A DNA stretch of 64,000 bases from Paragordius varius (taxonomy: Eukaryota > Animalia > Nematomorpha), in contig OZ176053.1 in NCBI GenBank assembly GCA_964247055.1, forward strand, positions 12,400,001 to 12,464,000, written 5' to 3'. Of the stretch, positions 37,381 through 58,534 are shown in pieces (positions within the stretch are counted from its first letter, which is position 1; each line of letters begins with the position of its first letter). The position numbers were made by a program, and so were the translations under genes. The notes under the pieces are model-generated. The model was not told the origin of the DNA. It did not search any database and was given only the letters and a program-made list of their open reading frames with translations.

Positions 37381-38773
37381 TAAATTATAAATTTAATAAT
37401 AATTTATTCAGAACTACATCTATTGTTTTATAATTAATTGTTCAGGATTGATGTTATCCTTAATTTTTTAGTAAAGTATTCTTAAGGTAATAATTATCAT
37501 TCTCTCAAATTTTTATAGACGAAAGAAGTAAAGATAGGTAAACTCAATTTGAAGATATAGCTTCTTGATTATAAAGCTATGAACACCTACTATATTTTTC
37601 CAAATTTTTCCAGCGCAATAAAGAAAAAGTTAAATTAACTGTTATCTCATGGTGGGAATACAGTCACCTGATTGAAATATAATTATTTATTGATTATGCC
37701 CATTTTCAATAGGAACTGTCGATTTTTTAAGCGAAAAATGCGCCTCGCCAAGCCATTTGAGTTTGGGCACCCCTCGTACTAAACGTTAATAGAGCAGTTT
37801 TGGGGAACGGCATTATCTGTACAAGGTGGTGCTTAGTTTTTAAACAATATTATATGTAAGGCTAAAAGATATGGCACACGCGATAAATGCAGACATGTTA
37901 AAAGTCTTTAATTTACAACCTATTTCAAAAAATTATCTCAATATTTCTATGTTTAATTTTTTTTGAGAATTTTTTAGTAGCTTATGACGAGAAGGGCACC
38001 GTTTGTGGGTACCCACCAATAAATAAAGACATACATTTTTCTGGATAATTTCTTTTAAAAGTCTACTTATTGTACCGATTAGATGTTTATTACACATGCG
38101 GCGGGAGCGGCGAAATCTCGATTTCAAGCAAATTTTTTGTACAAACGGTACTTGGATTACCCAAACTCTTTGAATAAACGACCATTTTGCAACGGTTTTA
38201 TTGGCTGTCGGCAAGAACCCAAGAAAGATGGTCATTACTTTTGGTTTTCAATCCCTTCCAGTCTTGTTCGTTCTAAAAAGCTTTATTCTTCTAACATGAT
38301 AGGTTTTTAGCTTTTATCTTGTTACCATATATGTTTATTCAATTAAAATTCAAATTAAGTGCACAATAATTATCGTATTTTTTTATCTTTTTTTTTTCAA
38401 AAATAATCAAAGCACTTTATATCTATAATTTTTATTTGTGTTCATCGTTGTAATTTTATGTGGCTTCTCCTTCCCATATATAAATTTGTCATATCGAAAA
38501 TTATCATTGCATAAATATGGCTGCTCTGTTTTGTAATAGATTTTGGCAATAAAATTTTTAATTAATTCATATGTTTGTTTAACAGGCAATGAAAACTATA
38601 AAATTGGACGAGATAAAATACCATCGGCATACTATGATAATGAGGACGAGAATTTGATTCAAGGACCACTTCAAACAAATAATTTAGGGGCCGACTCCAA
38701 TAGAGTCTTTATTAATTATAAGGACAAGAGGCCCTTTTGTAACGCATTCTCGGGCTGTAAAAATATCAAATAA
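37165..38773 (+). CDS. CCAP: CCAP-like (crustacean cardioactive peptide family) neuropeptide precursor with two peptide copies (~128 aa)
   Basis: Exons 37165-37215, 38083-38230 (or to 38302), 38586-38773 join in frame. Signal peptide MKKFGIATTILTILLSKMFITHAAG; KR-PFCNGFIGC and KR-PFCNAFSGC versus canonical CCAP PFCNAFTGC. The exon 1 assignment is an inference. Confidence 0.8.
37273..37775. mobile_element. Degenerate hAT-type MITE in CCAP intron 1
   Basis: Ends cagggctgtcgaac / gtttgggcacccctc; flanks atactaat / gtactaaa resemble a decayed 8-bp TSD; contains a (TA)n tract. Confidence 0.5.
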
Positions 38774-39403
38774 AATTAGTTTTAGTTCTTATCAAATACT
38801 CGCTTTCAATGCAAAATTATATGATATTTATCGATTAAAAGCTTATGTCATGCCTAAAATTTGTTTATAATCAATATTATTTGTATAATAAATTTTAATT
38901 TTTGTTAAAATAAATTTAAACATGTCATTGTAGAATATATTCATTTTCGACACGTAAATAGTATAAAATATGTGGAAATTTATTTAAAAACGTGTCATAT
39001 AAAAAATTATAAAAATTGAGTACGGTTTCGGAAACTATAATAAAGGATGTCCATCCTCAGCGTTAAAAAATATATGAATGGATGTGGGAGACAATGGTTG
39101 TTCTTTATATAATTTTGACAATGTTTATTGTTGTTTTCATATTAAAATAATAAGTTAAAACCCTTTGTCACTGAGAATGGTTGAAACCATATCGAACAAA
39201 CAATTTATTAAATTTACAAGACATAAGGTACTAAAACTAATGGAAAAAAAACCAACAAACACAAAAATATTATAATTAGGAACACAACTTTGAGTTGAAA
39301 GCAAAATAGTCCATAATATATGGAAAGTCATTCTTGATGATTGATTCCATATAAACTCTGGATTTCCTAAAAAATGTAAAATTTTTGTGGACCGCAGAAA
39401 TAT

Positions 39404-39543
39404 TTTGGAGGGCGGCATTCGGCCCGCAGACCACGTGTCCCACCCCTGATTTAGAAGATATATCATTCAAACTCGAGCCTAAAATAAATGAAAATAAAAA
39501 TTTATAAAATAACCCGCGAAGATATCTGTGTTGGACACCCCTG
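39404..39543. mobile_element. Two adjacent hAT-MITE right-end remnants
   Basis: ...ggcccgcagaccacgtgtcccacccctg (ends 39448) and ...gttggacacccctg (ends 39543). Similar left ends caggggt/gaggggt occur at ~13227, ~24663 and ~28110. Confidence 0.5.
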
Positions 39544-40449
39544 CATTGGACCAAGCTTTGTAACATTTACATTCTATCATAATTGAACTCAACACATATA
39601 TTAAATGCTATATTTGATAATTTTATTTATAAATCATAGCATTACTTTTTTTCAAGTTGAGCGTTTTAGCAAAACTTATAAAACTATCTGGCTTCAAAAA
39701 GTGATAATTTAGTTTTATTTTATTTTTTGATAAACACATCTAAGACATATGTTATAAGGAAAAATTTAAAATCGCCCTGGGTCATTAGCATAGTTAGGGA
39801 TTATCGTTAAAATGACATAGCTGTAGCATAGAAATGAAAGGTTATAATATGTGTGCATATCAATCGTACTATGGAAATTGAAAATTTTGGTGAAACATTG
39901 GACCAAAACCATCAAATTATGAGAATGTTAACAAATAGTTACATGGTTTCATCCGTTATAATACTTCCTAATAGTCCACGAAATACACCTATAATTATAG
40001 CAGTTTGTCGCATTCAAGTTATGTAATGCAAAACATCATACATTGTTGACAGAAACCAGATTTTCTAAAATTAAACTTATTCATGTGGATTTGATACATT
40101 GTATATCTTCCTCGTATTATTGGGAATATATGGCGGAGTAACGTGTGATAATGTTTGCTTTTTAGGCATGTAGTTTACTGTTTATTTATTGATCCTTAAA
40201 TTTGCATAAAAAACAAAAATCAGATCGACTTTGCATAAGATACCCGTTAATAGGGTTTAATTACCCATTTTTTAAAGGCGCGGAGATATAGTATACTATG
40301 ATATGAAATAGGCTAAAAATAAACAAAATATAAAGGCGCTGTTTTAATATCTGTATATATATATTGTGCAAATCAGGGCGTATAAAACAGATCCTGATGA
40401 TTATATAATAATATATATATATATTTATATATATATGCATATTTTGATA

Positions 40450-41830
40450 TATTATCAGGATTATCATGGTGTTTTTGGTTTTGGGTTTTAAAAATAATTA
40501 AAGAAGCTTCTTTTGTATTAACTGTTCCATATTGAATATCTATGCTAAATATTTTTTTCATAAGGGCTAATTTCTTCATTCAGAAATATCATTAATTTGT
40601 GATATGGCGTAGGCTCCGAAAGTCTCCAATTGATCCCTTCTTAAATGGATTAGTTTTCTTAATATCAAAATGCAATAATGCCGATAATTTCGCTATATAT
40701 TATTTAATATATACTATTATGGAATGAAAAAAATATTTTAGATGAATCATAAATTTTAGCAAAATTTTGAAAACCGTATTTTATGAGTTTTGAAGAGTGA
40801 AAACGGCTGTAAAACACTTAAAGAATTTTTAAAGTCACTTTCTATTACAAATGAAAACAAATTTTAAAACATTTGTTCGTCGTCAATAAGTTTAATAAAA
40901 ATTTATTCACAAAATATCTGCTTATTATTTAGGACGAACAAACGTTTTTATTAAAATTCTGAGGCGATGTGAATGTTGATCCTATCGAATTTTATAGAAC
41001 AAAGTTTTTATAATTATTCCGGTGTATTTTTTCGTTTTTATCGCTTCAAAAACATAAAAAAATCAAAATTTTGTTAAAAATTATTTTGAACAAAGTATGT
41101 ATTTTGAAAAATATTTTTTATTTTATAAGAGCATATATTAAACATCGTGCGGCATTTTCAGACATTTGGAGCTAACATCTGGGAATACATTTTTTAAAAA
41201 TATTGTTTTATTTTTAAATTGATGTATTACAATGATATTTCAATGATTGAAGCATTACGCTGCCAAAAAAACTTTTATCATTATCTGCGCAAATTTGGCA
41301 ATTTTTCAATATGATGCAACAACCACAAAAGTAAAATATTATTTAAAATACTCGCATGGTCTAACAAAAGCAAGAGTATCCTGGTGCTTTTTGAAAAATA
41401 TATATCTCATCAGGATGATCCTTTGAGTGTACTAAAATATGCGGTGAGCCCTAAATTGGGGACTCTAAAAACATATTGATTTGATAGGAAAATATATCAG
41501 GATTATCATGTGGCTTTTGGTTTTACACCTAACTTATAATTAACAGATATTATCACTTTTGTGTTAACTGTTCCATATCTGAAAATGGAAAAATTTGAGC
41601 ACATAAATAAAAAATTTTGGTGAAAGTAAAATGCTTATTCTAAAAACATCACTCAAATACATAATGAACAACTAATATAAAGGAAAACAGTTTTTTTAAA
41701 AAATTATTAGCCTGAAGTCCCAAATTTTTTGTCCTTCTCAAATGGGCTAGTTTTCTTATAGTTGATGCAGTGCTGAGATTTTCCGATAATTTTTTATACT
41801 GAATTATGGAATAAAATAACATTTAATAAA
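40450..41830 (+). repeat. Diverged direct duplication (~300 bp, ~1.05 kb apart)
   Basis: caggattatcatg...ttaactgttccatat...aaatgg(a/g)(t/c)tagttttctta...ccgataattt occurs at ~40455-40700 and ~41497-41795. Confidence 0.6.
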
Positions 41831-41904
41831 AACCTATACTTAGTTTTTAAAAATTTAAATATTATCAAAGTTATGCTGAAGCGAACTTCATACATTTTGA
41901 GGCA

Positions 41905-44760
41905 TGATGTTGTTGTTATTTGCTAAAGTCGATTCCGACTAATTGCAACATTGAAAATAAAGCTTCTCCATTCATTGCGATTTCCGGTTTTGGTGTTTAG
42001 GTCGGATAATGATTGGTTGGTTTCTTTAAGGATGTTATCCATCCAACGAGTTCGTCTTCTCCCTCTTTTTCGGGCACCACTCACTTTCCCCAGCATCAGT
42101 GATTTTTCAAGTGAGCTGGATCTCATGATGTGCCCGAAGAAGGAGAGTTTTTGCCGTGTTAAGCTGCCAAGAAGTGACATTTCTGGGTTAATTTTATTTA
42201 GAGGTGTTTGAAACTTTGTCTGTCCATTTTGTTTGAAGAAGTTTCCTCCAAACCCATAATTCGAAAGAGTTTATTAGACGTTCATCATATTTTTTTAGTG
42301 TCCAGCTTTCCCCCCCATACATGAATGTGGGGAAAACTGTAGCTTTGATTAATCTGATTTTGGTTTGTAGTTTAATGTCATGTGACATCCAAATCCTGTT
42401 ATATTTAAAAGTTACTGCTTTAGCAATAGCAATTCTTCGCTTTTCAGGCGTAGAGTTGTTCTCATTATTAATAATGATACCTAAGTACGTGTAGCTGCTA
42501 ACTGTTTCGATCTGGTTGCCGTTGAGGATTATTGGATTGGTTTGAGCCGGATTTATTTGCATGACTTTTGTTTTTTGAAATTGATATTTAATCCAAATTT
42601 ATTGCATTCAGTTGTAAACACTTGCAAGGCTTGCGATAATGTGTCTACACTGTCTGCGAATAAGACTGTGTCATCCGCGTAGTGAACGGATGTAAGTAGG
42701 TTCCCACCTACGTTGATGCCGTAAGTTTGTGTGATATTTCTTATAATGCACACCAGGTATGCGTTAAAAAGAATTGGTGATAAAACGCATCCTTGACGGA
42801 GGCCGACTTGTACCATACAAGTGTCAGATATACCGTATGGTGTAGATACTACAGCCATGGAATTTGAATAAATTGAAAATATGATGTTGATTAAATGTGT
42901 TGACACTCCGAGTTGTTTTAGAGCTTTCCGTAGTTTATTGTGCTGGATGGAATCAAATGCTTTGGAAAAATCGATAAAGCACATATGCATTTCTTTGTTA
43001 AATTCAATGTGTTTCTCGATTATCCACCTCATGTTACATATGATATCTCGGCATCCTCTACCTTTTCGAAAACCAGCCTGAATCGTGGATATCTCGGGGT
43101 CAAGAATGGAATTTAGACGAAACTGTATTATTTTTAGAAAAACTTTGGACACCTGGTTTATGAGCGCTATGGTGCGATAGTTGTCACACAGTTCTGGGTT
43201 ACCCTTTTTTAAAATCGGAATCATAATGGATGTACACCAATCCTCAAGAATTTTTTCCATCTCAAATATGGTTTGAAATAATTTGGTGAGTATATCGATT
43301 GGAATGTATTTTATTATTTCAGTAGGGATGTCTTTGTGGCCCTCTGATTCACCGGTGCTAGAGTGTTTTATAGCGAGTTCCACTTCTTCTTTCATAATAG
43401 GTGGTTCTTTTTGTTGAGTAAGTTCGTTAATAGTTGGGGGGTTATTTACATTGTATAGTTTGTTTATTAGTTTGTGCCATAGTTTGCGAATTTCGTCTTT
43501 TTCGGTGACGGTTGAGTTGTTGTCGTTTCTCATAGGTCCCTTATAAAAAACTTTTTTGTGTGGAATAATATTGTTTGCATGGGCAAAGAGGTTTTGGTTA
43601 TTTTTGGCGTCTGTTTCTAATTTTTCACATAGTTGGTCATAATACTTATTTGTGTCCTCTCTTGCACTCTTCTGAAATTCACTGTTTAGTTGTTTGTATT
43701 CCTCCCATTTGCATTTGATTTTGGATTCTCTACGTTTTTCTGCGATCTCGAGACTTTTGGTTGACAATTTTATTTTTTGTTTATTGCGTTTGAGAGGCCG
43801 AATGAATTCGTCGGGCAGATTGTATATATATCGTTCCAAAAGAAGTTTATATCCTGATAGTATGATCAAGACAATCGAAACGAGTTGATAAAGCGGTGCT
43901 AAACTTGTCGTCGATTGTATCATAATCTAATCTTGTTCTTGTGGGTTTGGATGTTATAGGAAGTTGTAATTTAATTCGGAGTTTGGCGATCAATTGGTTG
44001 TGGTCGCTGTAGCAATCCGATCCTGGTAGGCATTTGACATTTTGAAATGAACTTTTGTATTTTACCATACCTAATATGAAGTCAATCTGGTACGGTATCT
44101 TTGACACGGGGAACGCCATGTGTATAGACGTCTATTGGGTTGTTTAAAAAAGCTGTTTGCGACGAAGAAACGATGGTTAGCACAAAATTCAATCAATCTG
44201 TCTCCTCTCTCGTTTTTTATGCCCAAGCCCATGCCGCCCGTCATAGGAGGTGTTTTGTCTGTTCCGATAATTGAGTTAAAATCGCCTAAGATAAATATGA
44301 TATCCTTTTTTGAAATTTGGGAAATCGCCAAGTCGAGATCGCTATAAAATTTTTCACAGTCGTCATCGCTGTAAGAGGAGGTAGGTGCGTAAATTTTAAG
44401 GATAATAATGGGTTGAGGTGTTGTTTGTATGCGGATTGCGATAATACGATCATTGATAGGATTAAAAATGTCCGATAAGTTAGCTAGTTTTTTGTTCATT
44501 ATTATGCCGACACCTTTGTATTTTGACGCGTCGTGGCCGGAATAATACAAAATATGATTGTCAAATTCTAAGGTTCCGGTAGAGGGGATGTGTGATTCTG
44601 AAATTCCTAGTATGTCAATTTTATGCTTAGTCATTTCGTTAACGACAATATCTAGTTTGTGGTTTTTGTAGGATCCGCGTAAGTTCCATGTGGCGATGCG
44701 GATGCTGAGATTACGTGATTTCAACACTAGCAGAATGTCCTTCGAATGGGAGAATGTGAA
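41905..44760 (-). mobile_element. RTE-clade non-LTR retrotransposon (APE endonuclease + reverse transcriptase), frameshifted
   Basis: EN motifs IATWNLRG, ILGISE, GDFNS, SDH; RT motifs QAGFRKGRG, DFSKAFDS, GLRQGCVLSP, YADD; C-terminal RGRRRTRWMD...SRNRL followed by an (AAC)n tail at ~41908-41917. At least four frameshifts (~44095, ~43850, ~42560, ~42190). Confidence 0.93.
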
Positions 44761-45584
44761 TAGGAAATATGTTATGGATATGTAAGGAATAGGATCTAAA
44801 TATTTCTAATATTCGGAGAAGGTAAAAAAATCAATGTTTTTGGTAAAAAGATCGATAAGAGATGGGTAGGTATACCATACCTTTCCCACTCGATTAAAAG
44901 CATGTGTTTAGGCATGATATAGAAACGGTATATAAACTCTTTAAGAGAAAAATTTTCTATGTAATTTAATGATTCCGAACATCACCCCAGATTTTTGATT
45001 ACCTTCGTATTTAAAATCCATGAATCGAAAAGCAAAGAATCTTTAAATTAAAATTTGAGGTGATGGAAATATTCAGCATCAACGAATTATATAAAAAAGT
45101 GTTTATAAAATATCTAGTGTTTTAACCATGCTTCAAAATACAGTAAAATTCATCGATAGTTTGGTAAAAATAAAATTCTAAGCAAAATAACCATTTTTTT
45201 GTAAAAACATTTTGATGCCAAATTTAGCATATAATTAATTTTTCCCCGCCTTTTCTTTATTTCAAGAGAACTTGACTTTTTAAACAACCAAAAAATTTGA
45301 AACTTTTGGAGCTCCCATCTAAAAATTTGGAAATATGTTATATTATGAGGCCTTTTCCCGCCTACTTTTAATTAAATCTTAACTTTTGGGAATGTTTTAT
45401 ATCCTAGAGCATTTCAAAGTATGAATATTATTGAAAGTATATAAGCTTTTAAGCCTAATTAAATACTTTCTCGAGTCTTTTAGATGCATTATACAAATAT
45501 AATTATATAAAAAATAGAAAATTTGAAAAAAACTCACTCACATCTTTTTGCCGCCATTTTTTTATAAATTTTTTAATGGATATA

Positions 45585-46060
45585 AAACATTCATTTTAGT
45601 CCTTCGATACAAATTAGGGTAGTTAAATACCACGCTTGTTTAAAATTAAATATTCAAAAATTATTTAATAAATTAAACATTGCACTTATATAACATTTAA
45701 TCAACCAAAATATAATTTAAAAATACTTGATATCATTTCACAGGTAAAACTCAGAGCTAATTTAACCATTATAACATATGTTAATAATGAAAATAACTTA
45801 TTCTTTTCATATCAAATTTTAATAAAAAAGTAAACTTAATTTTAAATTTTTAAAACACGATATTTTGCGAATAGTAAAATAAAAATGGTGTCCAAATAGT
45901 TTGATACGGAACTTTGTATCCAAAATTATTTATTTATATATTTTGGCTTATTTATATAATTTTTTAGTAGAGAAGTAGTAACCGTTACTTTCAGTATTTT
46001 AAATATTTTAACTTCAACATTATCTGGGGTACTTAGATATCTAAATTTAAAATGAATTAA
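45585..46060 (+). mobile_element. Older solo relative of the TTAA-flanked MITE family
   Basis: Contains cttcgatacaaattagggtagttaaatacc at the left, aaaatggtgtccaaatagtttgatacggaac inside, and ctggggtacttagatatctaaattt at the right, colinear with 30967-31532. Confidence 0.65.
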
Positions 46061-46959
46061 TTGCTAATGAAACAAAAATATAAATGCCATTATTATAGTT
46101 AGAAAATGTAAATAATTAACTTTAAGAAGCTTCTAGACTACATTTACCAGCAAAAACTTGACATATTATTTGTTTATGTCGTTTTCATTCATGTTTTGGA
46201 GCTGTCCCAAATTGAGACTCTATAAGTCACAAAACCGTATATATGCTTATTTATCTGATACATGAGAACTATGGGTAATTATATTTAAGATAAAATAACT
46301 TTCTAAACTATAGTTTATTTACAAAATTGAGCTTATTTAAAAAAACCCAAAAATTTTAGGAAAAAATTAAAATATGAAGTCAGAGAAGTAAAGGTAAAAT
46401 TTAGGGCTAAAATTTTTTTAGCTCAACGAAAGAATTTTTAATTAAATTTGTAAAACACCAAAAGGCGCCAATCTATTTAACCTCGCCGGCAAAACTCTTA
46501 AACTGATTGAACATCGCTACAAACTTCGACTTTTATTTGACTTTAATTTGGCTTGATTGATATAAAATTGGCTACGTAAATTATTTAATAGCATCAAGAC
46601 TTAAAAACAGTGATAATTATTAATTTAAAGGTCTGCAAAAATTTTATGATCAAGGGCTAATATCGATTAAATTTTTATTTCAAAATAAATATGCAAAAAA
46701 TATTATAATAATTGGGGGCCATAAAAAACCATTGCTAGCTCCGCGATTTGAATACCATTGCTTTAAAAGGTATTTACTAAATGTATTTGTCAGTTATATT
46801 CGGATCGAAAATTGATTTTAATATTTTAAAACCTAATAAATTGGGCCAAAATTTATTACAAAAAAATCTCTAATAACTTTGAGAGATTTAAATCTTGACA
46901 ATCATATATTTTTGGATACCTACATTAACATATGTTTTTGGATTAAACTTAGCCAAGTC

Positions 46960-54446
<7,487 letters not shown>

Positions 54447-57400
54447 ATATATTTACTGCCTTTTTGATTTAATTTGACGCGCATATTCAATTTTATTCAA
54501 TGATACATCAAAACTTTAAAGAAGATATGATACAATGCGTAAATTAGGTTTATCATATGCGATTGAGACAAAAACTTAACACTAAATTTTGATTTTATTG
54601 CTACTTTTTGTGAATACGAAATATTCCATTCATTGTTGTATATATATATGTAATGTTAATCAATTATTTGCGCAATACAAATCATTCAAGCTCCCCCCTT
54701 CCCCCCACTCTTCTAATCTATTCACGCGAGATAATAAATATAAATAAATTTATTGGTTTTTTTATTTGATACATATAATAATAATTGGTTGTATAAATAT
54801 AATATTTTTCATGATTGATATAGGTATCTTGTATAGTTAATATAATTAATTTTTCCACTTTCAAATATAATTAAAAATTAAATAAAATAATATATGTAAT
54901 ATATATAATTATTGAGTAGTGAATTTCAGTACAAATGCCCAATTTTGTGCGTATTTTATGGAAGTTATTGCATGTTGAGTATGATGCCTATTCAAGTTTT
55001 GAAATGATGTACATAAGAGCTAAACCAATGAGTAGGTTTGTGAATTGTAACATATTTTCTCTGAATTAACATATGTGTAAACATATAAAGTATATGTTTA
55101 AATAGTTTAATAATATTTACAAATTTAATTTGATAAACACGTTAATCCTTTAACAGTGTATTTATCATAAATAATATCCATTTTAAAACCATATAATAAT
55201 ATTTTTGATTAATTAAAAAATATTTTATATAGATTTTTATACAATTAGCAACAATATTGCAATGTAAATATAAGTTTATATTCGGAAATACTTTTTCAAA
55301 AGTTAAAATTAGAATTTATTTTATATAGATATTTGTAAACGCAAACCCATTAGTTATCCAAAATCAATGTGTAAAATCTCTTTATATTATTTAAATTTAT
55401 AATATGTGTGGGATTAAAATTTTCGATAACCTAAAAAAATGCAAGCATTGATAATATTTTAAGAATCTTTTTATACAATATAGTAAAATATTTGGAATAA
55501 ATTAAAGAAAAAATAAAGTTTATAAAAAGTTTTTGGCGTAGAATTTCTTTTTCGAAACTTTTCGAACCATCATTTGAAAATTTTTATTACATATAGCAAT
55601 AAATTAAATAAAAAATATCCAAAAAACCGTACCATGAACATCGGACTAAAAAGATATATTGTTAATATAGGCTATAATTATTTTGGTCAATTTGAAAAAC
55701 AATTTTTTAAAACGTGTTTTAATAACATATGTTAAAGAATAAAAAAATTATGAAACAATCTTTTTTCTGTTAGAAACTCTTTTGAAAACAAACATGGTCA
55801 TAAAATTATTAAATTTAATTTTAAACAATAAAAATTATACCTTTTCTGAGTGTTGCGCATAATAATTTCTGGAAGCAAACTTATGAGAACAATGTGAATA
55901 AAAGCGCCAGTAGTAAATGAAAGAATACGAAAACTAAGAGCATCTAAATGTTAGAAAATTAATAAAATATATTTATCAAGTTAATCACCCCAATAACGGT
56001 TTTATTCTCAATATTTTGAAAAAATCTTTCTAATTTTGGGTTTAATTAACTATTTTGCTTTTGTTTTATAGTGGTATTAAAAGGAAAATTTAATTTTAAT
56101 GAATATATATTAATACAAAAAAATTATATCAACTTTCGCCGCTATATAAATAGTTAAATTTGAAACTAATAATAAATATGTATAAATAATTGTATATAAA
56201 CAAATTAATTAACTTTGCTTAAATTTAACAAGAAATTTTTTTAATTTAATAAAATTTTAATGAATTTTGAAAGCTATGTAACATTGGATGGAAGAAAACT
56301 TTCTTGTTTAACATGCTGATACAAATATAATTATTTAGTAAGGATAAATTTTATTTTATTACCAATTTACAAAAAAACATGGACTTTTAAATAAAATAAT
56401 TATATGTAATAAATTAAATTTATTTAATACCTAAAAAATTGGTCATATAAAATGGAAGCAGGCCAACACATGCCCCAACCAGTGACCCGAGTGAGGTAAA
56501 AACCTATTTAAAGATGTAAAAGAAAAATCTAAATAGATAAAACGTAATATTATTGGAAAGTCATCGATTTTTTAAAAAAGGACAAGCATAATTTTGAAAC
56601 CAAAATTATTTTAAAATACATTTATTGTTTTTAGGTTGCGAAATAAGGAATATAGATGTAATTTGGTAACGATGTTATATATTTAAATATGAAATATCGA
56701 AAAAATTAAGATTAATAGGGCCTTTTAAAAATCATTGGGCTAAATGTTTTATGTTTTGTCTTTAATACTTAAATAATAAAAATTAAGAAATACTTGTGCT
56801 TTAATGGCGGATGAAGTCGAAAACCCAGAATGTAACAAAATGGCGAAATCGCCAAACTCATGAGGGATTTCATGAAGAAATATTGCACATGAAATTAAAA
56901 CTCCTGTCTGTAAAAGGTAAACTTTATAAAAAAAACCTTTGTTTTCGAATTATAAGTGGTGGCAATTGCCATGCCATGAGTAAAATTATCTAAAAGATTT
57001 GCTAATAAATTTAGATAACCGGTAGCCTACATAAAAATGATGAATAAATACTTGTTTATGAGAAATAATCATTTTCGATTTCTTCTCTTGAATGGGCTCT
57101 TTATCAATGATTCCCAATAAAATAAATGTTTTATGTATCTTAAATTAAAAAAAATATTATACTAGTGTGGTCTGAGTAAGAGTAGATTTAATTAAAACGT
57201 TGAATATTTTTTCTAATGAATAAAAGAGTATGATCCCTGTGATTAACCATATTTCAGGCTGATTAAAAAAAGATTCATGATTAGAACCTATAATAAGAAA
57301 AATAATATACCAAAAATTGCATGCTTAGTCTTATATAAATAATGTTCTTTCCAGACTTCAGGGAACAAATGGAAAAATATATCGCCCATCAAACAGCCTA

Positions 57401-57651
57401 TGGCAAAACTTAATAGCCGATTTATAAACATAGGTGATTCTAATTATTATATAATTATACCAAATATTTTGCTTGCATAATTTCGTTTTGAATACAGGAT
57501 TAATAGTGGTAATAATCCAACTAATCCTACCATGATCGTAGAAAAGAAGATTAAAAATAAATTTTTCATCTAAAAAATTTGTAAGCATATATAAATCTTT
57601 CACATCATTAAAACATAAGTTAAAAATTTGACTTCGAATAAACCTCTAAAA

Positions 57652-58458
57652 CAGGGGTCGGCACCTTTTTTGGAGGCAGCCGGTTATTCCCAAATAAAAT
57701 TTTGGACGAGCCTTACGCTTGCATATATAATTAAAATAGTACTCTCTGTCAGGATAATACTATGTTAATAAATTGGAAAAAATATCTTTAACATTAAATA
57801 ATAATAATAATGTGACTATTTTTTAACATTATACGCTACAAATTAATAATATTGTGATTAAGCAATTTTGCATTCCTCTTTAATTAAAAATCTAAAAATA
57901 TGAGATAAATTTTCTTCATGACTATAATAGTTAACTATAATTATTTATTGAAAATTAAAATGCTTTCTTTTATTAATATTCTTTGATCATTCATTTTAAT
58001 CTGGTTGTATCATCAATACTGATATTTTCAACAAGTTAAAAAATTTTTATTCGTCAACCTGTTCTATATTTTAATTTTATGAAATTTCTTATATGTTGTT
58101 CGCATAAATAGGTGCTTGAAAAAATGATAATCATTGATTTCGCAAAATTTTTTAAATTGCAAAATCCATTAACTTGTAGATTTGAAAAAGCAATAAAGTT
58201 ATTTTCATCAAAATCATTATCTGTATTTTTAGATTGCAAATCAAATAAGTCCTCAAAAATTTCAGTTTTTACTATCTCAGATTTTAAAAAAATTTTCAAT
58301 GAAATAAATAAATGCTGAATTGAAAAAGTTGTCATTATTTACAGACTACCTTTTGGCTCTTACGGTATAATTTAATTTTTTAAATTTTTCTAAAGCTTTG
58401 GAACTCCATATAAAAAACACGGCGAGCCAGCTCTCGAGCCCTGGGTTGCCGACCCCTG
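57652..58458 (-). mobile_element. Internally deleted hAT element (807 bp) retaining a transposase C-terminal fragment
   Basis: TIRs caggggtcggca / tgccgacccctg; perfect 8-bp TSD ctctaaaa. ORF 58054-58335 contains FSSTYLCEQ, typical of the hAT dimerisation region. Confidence 0.9.
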
Positions 58459-58534
58459 CTCTAAAACATTAAGATTTAAACCGCGGTTTACAAACCGCAT
58501 TGGCCCTGGAGTAAATTAATATTCGTATTGCTTA

